A stretch of 64,000 bases of DNA. Source: Sphingobacterium hotanense (GTDB lineage Bacteria; Bacteroidota; Bacteroidia; Sphingobacteriales; Sphingobacteriaceae). The stretch covers positions 3,035,618-3,099,617 of the forward strand of contig NZ_CP030848.1 of NCBI RefSeq assembly GCF_008274825.1. The letters run 5' to 3'. Position 1 is the stretch's first letter; the number at the start of each line of letters is the position of its first letter. The translations under genes were made by a program, and so were the position numbers. Shown in pieces: positions 9,295 to 19,461 of the stretch. The notes below the pieces were generated by a model. It was not told where the DNA came from, did not search any database, and saw only the letters and a program-made list of their open reading frames with translations.

Positions 9295-10906
9295 AGCCTT
9301 CTGTCTTTTCCTAATCTTATTTCTCCTCTCTTCTTGCGGGTCGATCAAGAATCTTAAAAAAGAAAGCGCAAGATTTCAGCAAGAATTTGACAGTATTAAT
9401 GTTAGGCTAGAAAGCGAAGACCAATTAAGTCAATCTCCTTATGGAAACCTACAATTGCGCCTAAAAGGGAATGATTTTGAACTAGGCTACAAAAAAGGCT
9501 TGATTACCAAACCTTTCTTACAGCATCAGGAGGATGTTTTTTTTCAGAAAGTTGCAGAATTTGTGCCGAAGCCAAGACGACAGCGCTTATTGATGAAGTT
9601 TTTAAAATGGTATCATCTTGATATCCTGCAGGATATCCCCCTCAGCTATCGAAAAGAGATATATGGACTATCCAGACACGCTGGAAATAAATACGATTAT
9701 GTAGGCAACAAATACGAAAGGAGCTTACTCCTACACGGTGCGCATGATATCGGCCATGCCATGCAAGATCTGATGCTCGTTGGCTGTTCCAGTGTGGCGC
9801 TATGGGATAGCAAAACCCAAGACGGCAAACTACTGATCGGTCGAAACTTCGACTTCTATGTCAACGACGCATTCGCAGTAAACAAAATTGTTGAATTCAT
9901 TGCCCCCGACGAGGGTTACAAATATGCTTCCGTCTCATGGCCTGGAATGATTGGCGTCGTATCGGGAATGAATGAAAAGGGACTGACTATCACCCTCAAT
10001 GCCGGCAAGTCGAGTATTCCGCTTCGCGGAAAAACGCCGATCTCAATCGTTGCGCGCGATATTTTGCAGCATGCACAGAACATCGAAAAAGCAATACAGA
10101 TCGCAAAAGGTTTTGAAGTTTTCATATCTGAATCTTTATTGATTGGTTCTGCGCAAGATAATCGAGCGGTCAACATTGAAATGAGCCCCAAGCGATTCGA
10201 TGTGTTCGAAGTAAACAATGATATTCTTTTCTGTACCAATCATTTTCAATCGTCTGTCTACACAAAAGATAAAAGAAACAAAGCACATATATCCAGTTCC
10301 CACAGCCAATATCGCCTCGATAAACTGGAGCAATCTTTCAGCAAGAAAGGAACCTATCAGCCTGAAGATATTGCCAAGGTATTGCGCGATGAAACAGGCT
10401 TGAATAATGAAGATATAGGGTATGGAAATGAAAAAGCACTGAACCAACTGCTAGCCCATCATGCCGTAATCTTTAAGCCGGACGAACTGTTGATGTGGGT
10501 ATCGAATAACCCTTATCAACTTGGCACATTTGAAGCCTATGATCTTCGGAAAGCATTCCACAACGAAAAGCCAATTCAGGCGATCAAAGAACTAGAAATA
10601 CCGGCAGATCCGTTTCTAAAAACGAAAGCCTTCGCGGATTTTCAGCAATTCAGAGGCTTACTCCCCAAAATCGAACGGGCTACGAAAACAAAACAGGAAA
10701 TTTCAGATAGCGATCTACAGTTATTAGAAAAATCTAATCCAAACCTTTGGTTAACATATAAAGTACTGGGAGATTACCATTTTAAACATCAAAACTGGGA
10801 AAAGGCCAGCCATTATTACGAAATTGCACTTAGCAAAGAAGTGAGTTCTGAAAAAGCGAAAGAGCAGCTGCAGAAACAACTTCTAAAAGCAAGAAAGAAA
10901 CTATGA
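9287..10906 (+). CDS. C45-family (acyl-CoA:6-APA acyltransferase-like) lipoprotein
   Basis: Lipoprotein signal (LLSSCGS) and size. The family assignment is from memory of the usual Bacteroidetes pigment/lipid cluster composition. Confidence 0.45.
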   Translation: MCRAFCLFLILFLLSSCGSIKNLKKESARFQQEFDSINVRLESEDQLSQSPYGNLQLRLKGNDFELGYKKGLITKPFLQHQEDVFFQKVAEFVPKPRRQRLLMKFLKWYHLDILQDIPLSYRKEIYGLSRHAGNKYDYVGNKYERSLLLHGAHDIGHAMQDLMLVGCSSVALWDSKTQDGKLLIGRNFDFYVNDAFAVNKIVEFIAPDEGYKYASVSWPGMIGVVSGMNEKGLTITLNAGKSSIPLRGKTPISIVARDILQHAQNIEKAIQIAKGFEVFISESLLIGSAQDNRAVNIEMSPKRFDVFEVNNDILFCTNHFQSSVYTKDKRNKAHISSSHSQYRLDKLEQSFSKKGTYQPEDIAKVLRDETGLNNEDIGYGNEKALNQLLAHHAVIFKPDELLMWVSNNPYQLGTFEAYDLRKAFHNEKPIQAIKELEIPADPFLKTKAFADFQQFRGLLPKIERATKTKQEISDSDLQLLEKSNPNLWLTYKVLGDYHFKHQNWEKASHYYEIALSKEVSSEKAKEQLQKQLLKARKKL

Positions 10907-12189
10907 TTCCAAGAATAGAGACCCAAGAAAAGTTAGAAATAATAGCCTTCCAGAACGAACTGTTAAGAAAACAGATCGCTTATTTGATGGCTAATTCGCC
11001 TTTCTATCAGCGAAAATTCAAAGCGGAAAATATTCAGCTTGACACCATACAGTCAATTGAAGACCTATCGAAAGTTTCCGTAACGACAAAAACGGACTTG
11101 CAATTATTTAATGATGACTTCCTCTGTGTCCCTAAAAAGGCGCTCAGAGACTATTCGACGACTTCCGGAACGCTGGGTGACCCCGTAACTTTTGGACTAA
11201 CTGATCAGGATCTGGACCGCCTTGCCTACAACGAGATGCTTTCTTTCGAATGTGCTGGCGTAAAAGAAGGGGATCTGGTACAGCTAATGACCACAATAGA
11301 CCGTCGTTTTATGGCCGGTATGGCCTATTTCCTTGGTCTACGAAAACTCGGGGCTGGCATCATCCGCGTTGGGGCAGGCGTGCCGCCACTGCAATGGGAC
11401 TCTATCCTGCGCTACGAACCCAAATACCTGATCGCCGTCCCTTCTTTCATCCTCAAGATGATAGAATATGCCGAAGAGAATAATATTGATTATAAAGGAT
11501 CATCCGTCAAAGGTGTAATCTGTATTGGCGAGTCGCTACGCACGGCCGACCTACAACCTACGCTTTTGGCGAGTAAAATACAGGAAAAATGGCCTATCGA
11601 GCTCTATTCGACCTATGCTTCTACAGAAATGAGTGCCGCATTTACGGAATGTGAAGCTTTTCAGGGAGGACATCAGCACCCGGAGCTAATCATTACTGAA
11701 ATTCTTGATGATCAAGACCTGCCTGTAAAAAATGGCGAATTAGGCGAGCTTGTTGTTACGACTTTAGGCATAGAAGCCATGCCTCTATTGCGCTTTAAAA
11801 CGGGCGATCTTGTAAGAAAATATAGCGAACCCTGCTCCTGCGGGCGAACAACGGATAGATTAGGTCCCGTAGAAGGCAGAAAACAGCAGATGATAAAATA
11901 TAAGGGAACTACCCTCTATCCGCCTGCTATGCATGATGCTGTAGCACATTTCAGCGAAGTGAAACTGCACCTCATCGAAATATCATCGAATGAAATCGGC
12001 ACAGATGAAATCCTGATTCGCATATTCGCAACGGATAGCTCCGAAGAATTTGCTGGCAAATTGAAGGACTATTTTAGAGCCAGACTACGTGTCACTCCAC
12101 ACATCAGTTTTGAAGATGAAGCGACATTACAGAAGATAATATACAATCCACTTAGCCGCAAACCTATCACCTTTATTGATAATCGATAG
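10903..12189 (+). CDS. Phenylacetate-CoA ligase-like (PaaK / coenzyme F390 synthetase family) adenylate-forming enzyme
   Basis: SGTLGDP...YASTE...motifs of ANL adenylating enzymes. It overlaps the upstream gene by 4 nt. Confidence 0.7.
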   Translation: MIPRIETQEKLEIIAFQNELLRKQIAYLMANSPFYQRKFKAENIQLDTIQSIEDLSKVSVTTKTDLQLFNDDFLCVPKKALRDYSTTSGTLGDPVTFGLTDQDLDRLAYNEMLSFECAGVKEGDLVQLMTTIDRRFMAGMAYFLGLRKLGAGIIRVGAGVPPLQWDSILRYEPKYLIAVPSFILKMIEYAEENNIDYKGSSVKGVICIGESLRTADLQPTLLASKIQEKWPIELYSTYASTEMSAAFTECEAFQGGHQHPELIITEILDDQDLPVKNGELGELVVTTLGIEAMPLLRFKTGDLVRKYSEPCSCGRTTDRLGPVEGRKQQMIKYKGTTLYPPAMHDAVAHFSEVKLHLIEISSNEIGTDEILIRIFATDSSEEFAGKLKDYFRARLRVTPHISFEDEATLQKIIYNPLSRKPITFIDNR

Positions 12190-12314
12190 ATTATCGTTAA
12201 AAATTGTTAATAAGGGAAGTTCATGAAACGAAAGGCACTTGAATTGCGTTATGTATATAAAGCAAAAGTAATAAGAGTAAAAATTTCATAATTTAGGTTA
12301 ATAATTGGTTTGGT

Positions 12315-12350
12315 AAAAATCCTGAAGCTCCCCGCTTCAGGATTTTTTAT
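12315..12350. terminator. Rho-independent terminator (bidirectional hairpin)
   Basis: aaaaatcctgaagc tcccc gcttcaggat tttttt is a perfect 10-bp stem flanked by A- and T-runs. It is the end of the 12-kb biosynthetic operon. Confidence 0.8.
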
Positions 12351-12596
12351 TTTGTAAGTATCTATTTTCAAAGGGCATCAAGAACTTTCATTTAATATAT
12401 TATTTCAATCGAATCCTGAAAAGCTTCCTCCCTCATTCGACCCCCTCCTTTCCTTCTCCCTATCCACTCCCAAATCTCAGCCCTTTCCCTGCGGTTCTGA
12501 TTGGGTTATACATTGAGTTTGAAAGGGCTTTAAAAGGGAAAGTAGCCCAACTCAGGCTTATCCCATTCCTTACCCAAAACTCACTAAAACAATACG

Positions 12597-12998
12597 CTAA
12601 TCAATTAATCCTTTTTCCAATAGATCTTGGAAAATTAATACGTCTACGGGGCTAGACTTCACATGGTCTGCATATTCAAAAAATGCAATCTTTTCAATCT
12701 CGCTAGACGCCACGGGGGTTCCGCGGAATTCAGCCGTATAACAAGACATCTTCACCTCCACTCCCTGTGGAAACTTAAACGGGTCGGCTTGTGCGCGAAA
12801 AGTTCCGAAGTATGCAATGCTATCAGGAATAATATCCCCATCCAATTCTTCCTTCACTTCTCTAATCAGCGTTTCCTGATCCGTTTCGTTGCCATCGCGC
12901 TTACCACCCGGCAAATACCATAGCTCTCGATTCTTATTGATCGAGCTCAACACTTTGCGGTCTTTGATATAAATAAGGGCAACTTTATCGATTTCCAT
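12597..12998 (-). CDS. NUDIX hydrolase
   Basis: Nudix box GGKRDGNETDQETLIREVKEELDG. Confidence 0.8.
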   Translation of the reverse strand: MEIDKVALIYIKDRKVLSSINKNRELWYLPGGKRDGNETDQETLIREVKEELDGDIIPDSIAYFGTFRAQADPFKFPQGVEVKMSCYTAEFRGTPVASSEIEKIAFFEYADHVKSSPVDVLIFQDLLEKGLID

Positions 12999-13180
12999 GG
13001 CAGATAAAAAATAGGTGGAACCCTATTAAAACGTTAAAAGCGGCAAAAATGTTTTATTGCGGGTCATGAATATTGCAGACCAAAGGCAGATCGTAAAATT
13101 GAGAGGCAGACTCCGCATATGGAGCCTGCCACCTCTGACACCTATGAATGAAACATAATTACAAGGTCTTTTTATATCTT

Positions 13181-15601
13181 TTAGCTTCCGCCGCGAACGC
13201 GGCTCTGCTCTTCGTTCTTCTTATTTAGCCGATCGAAAGCTTTCCCATTCGTTCCGATTTTATAGGATAGGGAGAGCAGGAAAGTCCGGCTATCTAGATT
13301 GATATATTGGTTCATACGGACATTGCCTGAGAAAGATTCCGTTTGATATCGGCGTGTTTTGAAAATATCATTGGCAGCAAACTTCAGGTTCAACTTATTA
13401 TCAAAAAATCGCTTCATGACACCGGCAGAAACATGTCCGGTGGATTTCTGTTTGAAAACACCATCCGATTGTGGCGACTGATAAGCGGCAATCAATTCAA
13501 ACGACCACTGCTTAGGCAGGTTCAAGGTATTTGTAGTTAAAAAGTCTACCGACCATTGCCTATTATCAATCTTTTCCTCGCGGAATGATCCGAAGAAGTA
13601 ATTCTCATGTGCCGTAATATTGTTAATGCTGCTGAATGATTTAACAGGCGAGAATGCGTAGTTCACATTGATGCCCTTATTGCGATATCCCTCGATATTT
13701 TGCAAACTTCGAATGGTTACCTGCTGCTCAGGCAACTGCGTGAGGACGCTAGTCATCACATCTTTAACGTCAGTATAGAACAGCGAAAGATGAAGATCTT
13801 TCATCAACGAATAGTTCAGTTCGAAGCTATGGGCTAATTCGGGTTGCAATAGCGGGTTTCCTTCCCAGAAGATGGAAGCATCCACAAAATAACGAAAAGG
13901 GTTCAAGTCCTCGTACTCCGGTCTATTGATCCGACGACTATAGGAAAATTGCAACTGGTGGTTATCGTTCAATCTGTATCCTAAAGAGCCACTAGGAAAT
14001 AGATTTGTATATTTTCGTTTATTGATGCTGTTCGTTGTTAATTGATTGCCAACGGCGTTAGTATGCTCAGCACGTAAGCCCGCCATCAAGGTCCAAGGAC
14101 CCGACTCCAGATGATAATTCATATATCCCGCATGGATCTGCTCGTCAAAAAGAAAATGGTTGCTTGTACCTAAGTCACGAACCCAGTCAGCTACACTTAA
14201 AGTATCGTTGATTGCATTATTGTCCGAATTCATCCAACTGCTCTTCCATCCGATTTCGAAACGTTGCTTATTTGATAAATGATGCAGGTAGTCGACCTTT
14301 CCAACCCTAAGTTTACTCACCGAAGGTGTTTCGTTTTTACGCATAGAAACAAAAGCTTGCTCATAATCCGTTTCCTGATAATAGGTATTCAATGCTTGAT
14401 CGGCATCGTAATCAGCATACATATAGTCAAAATCTGCAGACAAAGTATGATCCTTGGCTCCTATTTTTTGCTGGAAACTTAAGTTGATATTATTCGTATT
14501 CCACCGACTCACATTATCGTTATAGGTCAGGGCTTTGGAAATAGGAGACGCAGAAGTGTTGAAGACGTTTTTATAGCCTGCGTTCCTATTTTTGTATGTT
14601 CCAAAGTTCCCTGACCATAACAGGCCTAACTGTGTGTTTATAAAAGGATGGTAATCAAACCCAACCTTAGCATTATTCGTATTTAGTGGTTCATTTGTCT
14701 TCGAGTATTGTTTGGAAACCGCCGATCCACCGGCTATTCCCAAATCGGCATAGTAGCGATCAAAGTTTCTATATTCTTCTTCGCCCCGGTAAGTGTAGTC
14801 ATAGCTTCCATATATATTAAATGCCTTTTCTTGCTTATTGAAATTTAGGCCTGCTCCATAACGCTCTTTCCTGCCGCCCCCGCCAAAGCCGTTTACTGCA
14901 AGATTGAATCCAGGCTTTCTGCCATCTTTCAATACGATGTTGATCATTCCTCCCATGCCTGCGGCGTCATACTTCGCCGAGGGATTGCTGATCAGTTCAA
15001 CGGATTTTAAGGAAGAAGAAGAGGTTCCTTGCAGCAAGGTGGCCAGTTCCTTTTGAGAGAGGTAAGACAATTTGCCATTGATCATGACGCCTACATCTGC
15101 TTTTCCACGCATACTGATATTACCATCATCATCTACTTTCACGCCTGGAGCCCTTTGCAAGATTTCTAGCGCGGTTAAGCCATCGGAAAGCAGACTATTC
15201 TCTACGTTGATGATCATGCGGTCTGACTTCTGTTCAATCAGACGCTTCCTTCCAGTTATGGCTACCGCATCAATCGTGTTGGACTGTGCCTTCAAGATAA
15301 TTTCGCCTAGGTCTATTATCCGGTCTGTAACGAGGATATTATCGTTCGTTGCCTCGGCATGGCCTAGATAGGAAAACTTTATCTGGTATCTACCTGCTGG
15401 CAATTTCTGAAAAAACTGACCCTTGGCATCACTCGATAAAGAAAATGTATTTGAATCGGCGTGCTCAATACGAATACTGACTTGATCCAGCGCTTCATGA
15501 AACTCATTTAGCACAATCCCCTTGATACCTGAAAGAGATTGCCCTAAACAGAGAGTCGATATAAAAAATAGTACGGCTAATAATGTGAAATGAAACTGCA
15601 T
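13181..15601 (-). CDS. TonB-dependent outer-membrane receptor
   Basis: Signal peptide, N-terminal carboxypeptidase-regulatory-like domain and plug/beta-barrel composition. The C-terminal aromatic residue is typical. Confidence 0.8.
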   Translation of the reverse strand: MQFHFTLLAVLFFISTLCLGQSLSGIKGIVLNEFHEALDQVSIRIEHADSNTFSLSSDAKGQFFQKLPAGRYQIKFSYLGHAEATNDNILVTDRIIDLGEIILKAQSNTIDAVAITGRKRLIEQKSDRMIINVENSLLSDGLTALEILQRAPGVKVDDDGNISMRGKADVGVMINGKLSYLSQKELATLLQGTSSSSLKSVELISNPSAKYDAAGMGGMINIVLKDGRKPGFNLAVNGFGGGGRKERYGAGLNFNKQEKAFNIYGSYDYTYRGEEEYRNFDRYYADLGIAGGSAVSKQYSKTNEPLNTNNAKVGFDYHPFINTQLGLLWSGNFGTYKNRNAGYKNVFNTSASPISKALTYNDNVSRWNTNNINLSFQQKIGAKDHTLSADFDYMYADYDADQALNTYYQETDYEQAFVSMRKNETPSVSKLRVGKVDYLHHLSNKQRFEIGWKSSWMNSDNNAINDTLSVADWVRDLGTSNHFLFDEQIHAGYMNYHLESGPWTLMAGLRAEHTNAVGNQLTTNSINKRKYTNLFPSGSLGYRLNDNHQLQFSYSRRINRPEYEDLNPFRYFVDASIFWEGNPLLQPELAHSFELNYSLMKDLHLSLFYTDVKDVMTSVLTQLPEQQVTIRSLQNIEGYRNKGINVNYAFSPVKSFSSINNITAHENYFFGSFREEKIDNRQWSVDFLTTNTLNLPKQWSFELIAAYQSPQSDGVFKQKSTGHVSAGVMKRFFDNKLNLKFAANDIFKTRRYQTESFSGNVRMNQYINLDSRTFLLSLSYKIGTNGKAFDRLNKKNEEQSRVRGGS

Positions 15602-15641
15602 ATCTATCGTGTGTCGTTACGGAAATTTAAATAGTTCTAGG

Positions 15642-16871
15642 CTAGGATACGGCTGATTCAACTTGCTTTCTGCTCCGATCGCTTTTTTGGAAACGAGCAG
15701 CTGTTGATTTTTTCTTTTTCTTTCTCCTGCCCCACCAGATCAAGAATCCTGTAATAGGTAAGGAAGTCGCAATAATTCCGGCTAAGAAGGTCGATAATTT
15801 ACCAAATTGTCCCCACCATTGTCCCATGTGCAATTGCCATATGGTATTTTCCACTTTCTCATGAATAATGTATGGCCTATCAATAAAAATCTCTTCACCG
15901 CTATACCGATTGTAAATCGCTAGGTCTAAATTTTCGGTGCTCTTTAGGCCAGCCACTCCCAGATTGATCACATAGGCGCCTACCTTATCTAAGTTATAGA
16001 CCCAAATACCTGCGTTTTTCTTCTCGGGGTGAGCCTTTAGCGCCCGATAAGCAAATTCGGCGAGGTCCCGTGATTTTCTTTCTCCATCCGCCTCCGGCAA
16101 AATCGCTTCCACATGCTCGGAAGAACCGCCGAATGCTTTGCTCAGCACCTCACCAAGCGAATGAAAAAAGATAAAAATACCAGTCACGCTCAGAATAAAG
16201 CACAATAAGAGAGAATAGAAACCGTAGACATTATGCAAGTCATAATTCAAGCGTTTGAACTTCGCTTTCCATTTGATGGTGAAGGAGTCATTGACTGTTT
16301 TTTTAGTCCATCGCTTCGGCCACCATAATATCAGGCCGGTAATGCATCCCAGCGCGAAAATGATGGTAGAAATCGTAACGATCCAATGCCCAACCTCTCC
16401 TGCAAGTAAAGCGGAATGCAAATGTGCAGTTACATAGAAGAAGTGAGCATTCGGATCGGCTTTCAACACCTCAGCGGTGTAGGGGTTAACATATAAAAAA
16501 GTAAGTTTCTTCGTGTCTTTATGGAATGCGCGGATACGCATGCTCCGGGCTGCTTCTTGAAAGAAGACCATTTGCGACAACTGATAATTGGGATCGAATT
16601 GTGTCACCGCTGCGATTATTTCATCGGCGCTCGCCTTTTCCTTGCCTATCGAAACGTAGCGTGCATCACCGGCACTGTATTCTAAGATTTCGTCGCAATA
16701 GACAATGAGCGTACCTGTTAAACAAACAAATACCAGTATGACGCCCGAAATAAGACTGGGCCATAAATGAAGCCAGGCATTCAAACGGGAGAACCAGGTC
16801 TTCCCTTTTTTCTTTGCCGGAGCATCCGCTGACGCTGCCTTTCCTGTTGATCTTAATTTGAAGTTAGTCAT
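15642..16871 (-). CDS. PepSY-associated TM-helix protein
   Basis: Membrane protein of ~409 aa with several TM segments, sitting between two TonB-dependent receptors. PepSY-TM family by composition. Confidence 0.65.
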   Translation of the reverse strand: MTNFKLRSTGKAASADAPAKKKGKTWFSRLNAWLHLWPSLISGVILVFVCLTGTLIVYCDEILEYSAGDARYVSIGKEKASADEIIAAVTQFDPNYQLSQMVFFQEAARSMRIRAFHKDTKKLTFLYVNPYTAEVLKADPNAHFFYVTAHLHSALLAGEVGHWIVTISTIIFALGCITGLILWWPKRWTKKTVNDSFTIKWKAKFKRLNYDLHNVYGFYSLLLCFILSVTGIFIFFHSLGEVLSKAFGGSSEHVEAILPEADGERKSRDLAEFAYRALKAHPEKKNAGIWVYNLDKVGAYVINLGVAGLKSTENLDLAIYNRYSGEEIFIDRPYIIHEKVENTIWQLHMGQWWGQFGKLSTFLAGIIATSLPITGFLIWWGRRKKKKKSTAARFQKSDRSRKQVESAVS

Positions 16872-16935
16872 TTCCTTAGGAGTTTAGGGATGCCGGATGC
16901 TTTGCAGCATCCGGCAAATTGATGGATATATGTAC

Positions 16936-19356
16936 TTAGAACTTAAATGACAGGTTTGCTAATATTTCGAAAGGCTTCTGTGGTTTTCCGTAGAAATCCC
17001 AGTATTGAATATCGCCTAGATTGTTCAATTTCACACCAATTCTATACTTTGGTTTATCATAAAATGCAGTGGCATTTACAGTTGTATAAGCGGGAACTGC
17101 GAATACTTCTTGTACGTCTAAATAAACCTTATCGACATAGTTGATACCAGCACCGAGACCAAAGCCAGTCAGACTCCCTTGTAAAAACTTATAGGAAGTC
17201 CATACATTCGCAACGTGTTTCGGTGCCCAGTTTTTTCTTTTGTTCATATTGGCTTCAATACTTTTCACATATTTAATGTCATTGTATCCATAGCCTGCAA
17301 TAATATTCCATCCGCTGATTGGGTTTGCGATGAAATCGAACTCAATACCGCGACTTCTCAACTTCCCATCCTGCACATAAACGTCTTGGGAAACTTCGCG
17401 TAAGCTGTTGGTCACATCGATATTATAATAACTTAAGGTAGTATTGATACGACCATCTAAGAGTTCTCCCTTCGCGCCAAACTCATATTGATTAGCTTGC
17501 TCTGGTTTCCAGTTCATCATAACAGGCTCCAAGTTGAGGTCTTTGTCACTAGGTAAACCTTGTGATGCTGCCATGTTCCGGAAACTATTCATATAGTTGG
17601 CAAACAGGGATAACTGTCCTTTAATCGGCTGATAAACTAATCCAAATTTTGGAGAAAGCGAGGTCTGTTCATAGCCCTCCAACGTTCGCACTGTATTATT
17701 CTTAGGATCTTTATTTGGTGTAAAGCTATAGGAGTCATCCGCCATATAATGATTCACACTTAAACTAAGCATGACAAACAAGCGATCAGCAACATTCGTC
17801 ACATTGGATAAATAACCGCTTAGTATTTTATTGCCGGAACGATTATAAGAATCTCCCGGGCTTTTAGCATCTCTAGACTTCAAGATATCGGCTCTAGTAA
17901 TCGGATTCCATGCCTGATCGGTAATACCGACAGTATCGAAGGTGAGAAATGCCGGTGACATCGATAGATCGGTGTTCTTGTGGAACGAATAGTCTACACC
18001 CGCTACCAACGTATTCTTTACATTGGATATGAAGAAATCGCCAACAAAATTCTGCTGAAGTGAATTGTAAGTTAGATTATAACGGTCGAATATACGATAG
18101 CGACGTTCGATTTGGTTATCATTTAGATAAGTTGGGACAAAGAAAATAGACTCCTTATCACCACTTTGGTTAAATTGATAGGATGTTCTCGATGTCCAGT
18201 GATCCGATATTTTATACGCTAATTCGGTACTCACGTTCATATTCGCCCGAGATGTCATGATATCATCGCTTAATAGCGCTCTATCATAGGGTAATGGCAC
18301 TTTATCCATCGTTCCGTAGGTCAGTTTCTGCGTGTTGCGCATATAAGCTAACAATGTTTTCTCCGGAACATAGATATCAGCATCAAAGCTGACGGTCGTT
18401 CTGTCGTTTGGCTTGAAGAGCAAGCTTGTTGCAAAGGCGAATGCCTGTTGCTTTCCAGCATCTTGGAAACCATTCTGCGTCATGCCCATAACATTAAAGC
18501 GCGCTAAAGCGGTTCGGTCGCTATTCAACGGCGTATTGACATCCGCTGTAATTCGATTCATCCCCCAGCTTCCGGTGGTATAAGCTACCTCACCACGAAA
18601 AGATTCGAATGGCTTCTTCGTTACTGAATTAACCACCCCTCCATAGGAAGTAACCTGCGCACCAAATAAGGTCGCAGAGGGACCTTTCAATACTTCAATG
18701 CGTTCAAGATTGTAGATTTCATTGGCAGTTCTTGGGCTACTTGGAAGACCATTGCGCATGGTAACTCCCGCATTAAATCCGCGTAAGAATACCTCATTAC
18801 CACTATCATTAACACCGTTGCTCGCTACTGCGCCGGCCACTTGAGACATGGCTGAATTAAAATCTGTAGCGCCCATTTCCTGCACTAATTCTTTGGTCAC
18901 AACTGAATAGGCCTGTGCATTCTGCAAGTTTGCCAATGGCATTCTCGCAATATCAGAGGTCTCTTTCCTCGAAAACTTATTACGCTGTATATCGGAAACT
19001 ATAACCTCCCTTAATTGGTTTGCTTGCGATTGTACGGTTATCTTATCTACCTGTGTCGTCTCGTTAGCAATGACTCGTACCGGAATCTCTCGAACGGAAT
19101 AGTTCGCATAGCTTATCACGAGCGTGTAATTGCCGGCTGGGGCCGATAATGTGTAGCTACCGCTCGTCGTTACAGAAGTGCCGTAGCTGGTATTCTTAAG
19201 TTTAACAGATGCATAAGCAAGTGGCTTCCCGTCCATCGTAAAGACCTCCCCTGCTAGTTGCCCTCTCTGCTGCGACATCCCAAAAAACGGAACCAAGAGC
19301 AGGAAGAAAAGCATCGTAATTGTGCTTGAATGTTTTAAAGTAGAATTGTATTGCAT
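16936..19356 (-). CDS. TonB-dependent receptor, siderophore/metal-type
   Basis: 806 aa with a C-terminal ...LSFKF. Plug and barrel features. A likely internal start lies at MLFFLLLVPFF. Confidence 0.8.
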   Translation of the reverse strand: MQYNSTLKHSSTITMLFFLLLVPFFGMSQQRGQLAGEVFTMDGKPLAYASVKLKNTSYGTSVTTSGSYTLSAPAGNYTLVISYANYSVREIPVRVIANETTQVDKITVQSQANQLREVIVSDIQRNKFSRKETSDIARMPLANLQNAQAYSVVTKELVQEMGATDFNSAMSQVAGAVASNGVNDSGNEVFLRGFNAGVTMRNGLPSSPRTANEIYNLERIEVLKGPSATLFGAQVTSYGGVVNSVTKKPFESFRGEVAYTTGSWGMNRITADVNTPLNSDRTALARFNVMGMTQNGFQDAGKQQAFAFATSLLFKPNDRTTVSFDADIYVPEKTLLAYMRNTQKLTYGTMDKVPLPYDRALLSDDIMTSRANMNVSTELAYKISDHWTSRTSYQFNQSGDKESIFFVPTYLNDNQIERRYRIFDRYNLTYNSLQQNFVGDFFISNVKNTLVAGVDYSFHKNTDLSMSPAFLTFDTVGITDQAWNPITRADILKSRDAKSPGDSYNRSGNKILSGYLSNVTNVADRLFVMLSLSVNHYMADDSYSFTPNKDPKNNTVRTLEGYEQTSLSPKFGLVYQPIKGQLSLFANYMNSFRNMAASQGLPSDKDLNLEPVMMNWKPEQANQYEFGAKGELLDGRINTTLSYYNIDVTNSLREVSQDVYVQDGKLRSRGIEFDFIANPISGWNIIAGYGYNDIKYVKSIEANMNKRKNWAPKHVANVWTSYKFLQGSLTGFGLGAGINYVDKVYLDVQEVFAVPAYTTVNATAFYDKPKYRIGVKLNNLGDIQYWDFYGKPQKPFEILANLSFKF

Positions 19357-19461
19357 ACACTATTTTTATTTAGAATAATTATAAATAATGCTGCAAATGT
19401 ATTAGTTTTGACCGCTATGGAATATCAAATAGAGGATTAATAATATCAAAAAAAGGATATT

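Noticed and set aside
11250-11483. 77-aa ORF embedded in the PaaK-like ligase gene, and the many 60-130-aa antisense ORFs inside large genes (e.g. 24565..24986, 27429..27842, 44081..44428, 47660..48052).
   Set aside because: They are fully nested in or antisense to genes with strong homology-based support. They have biased, Arg- or Ser-rich composition typical of out-of-frame translation.
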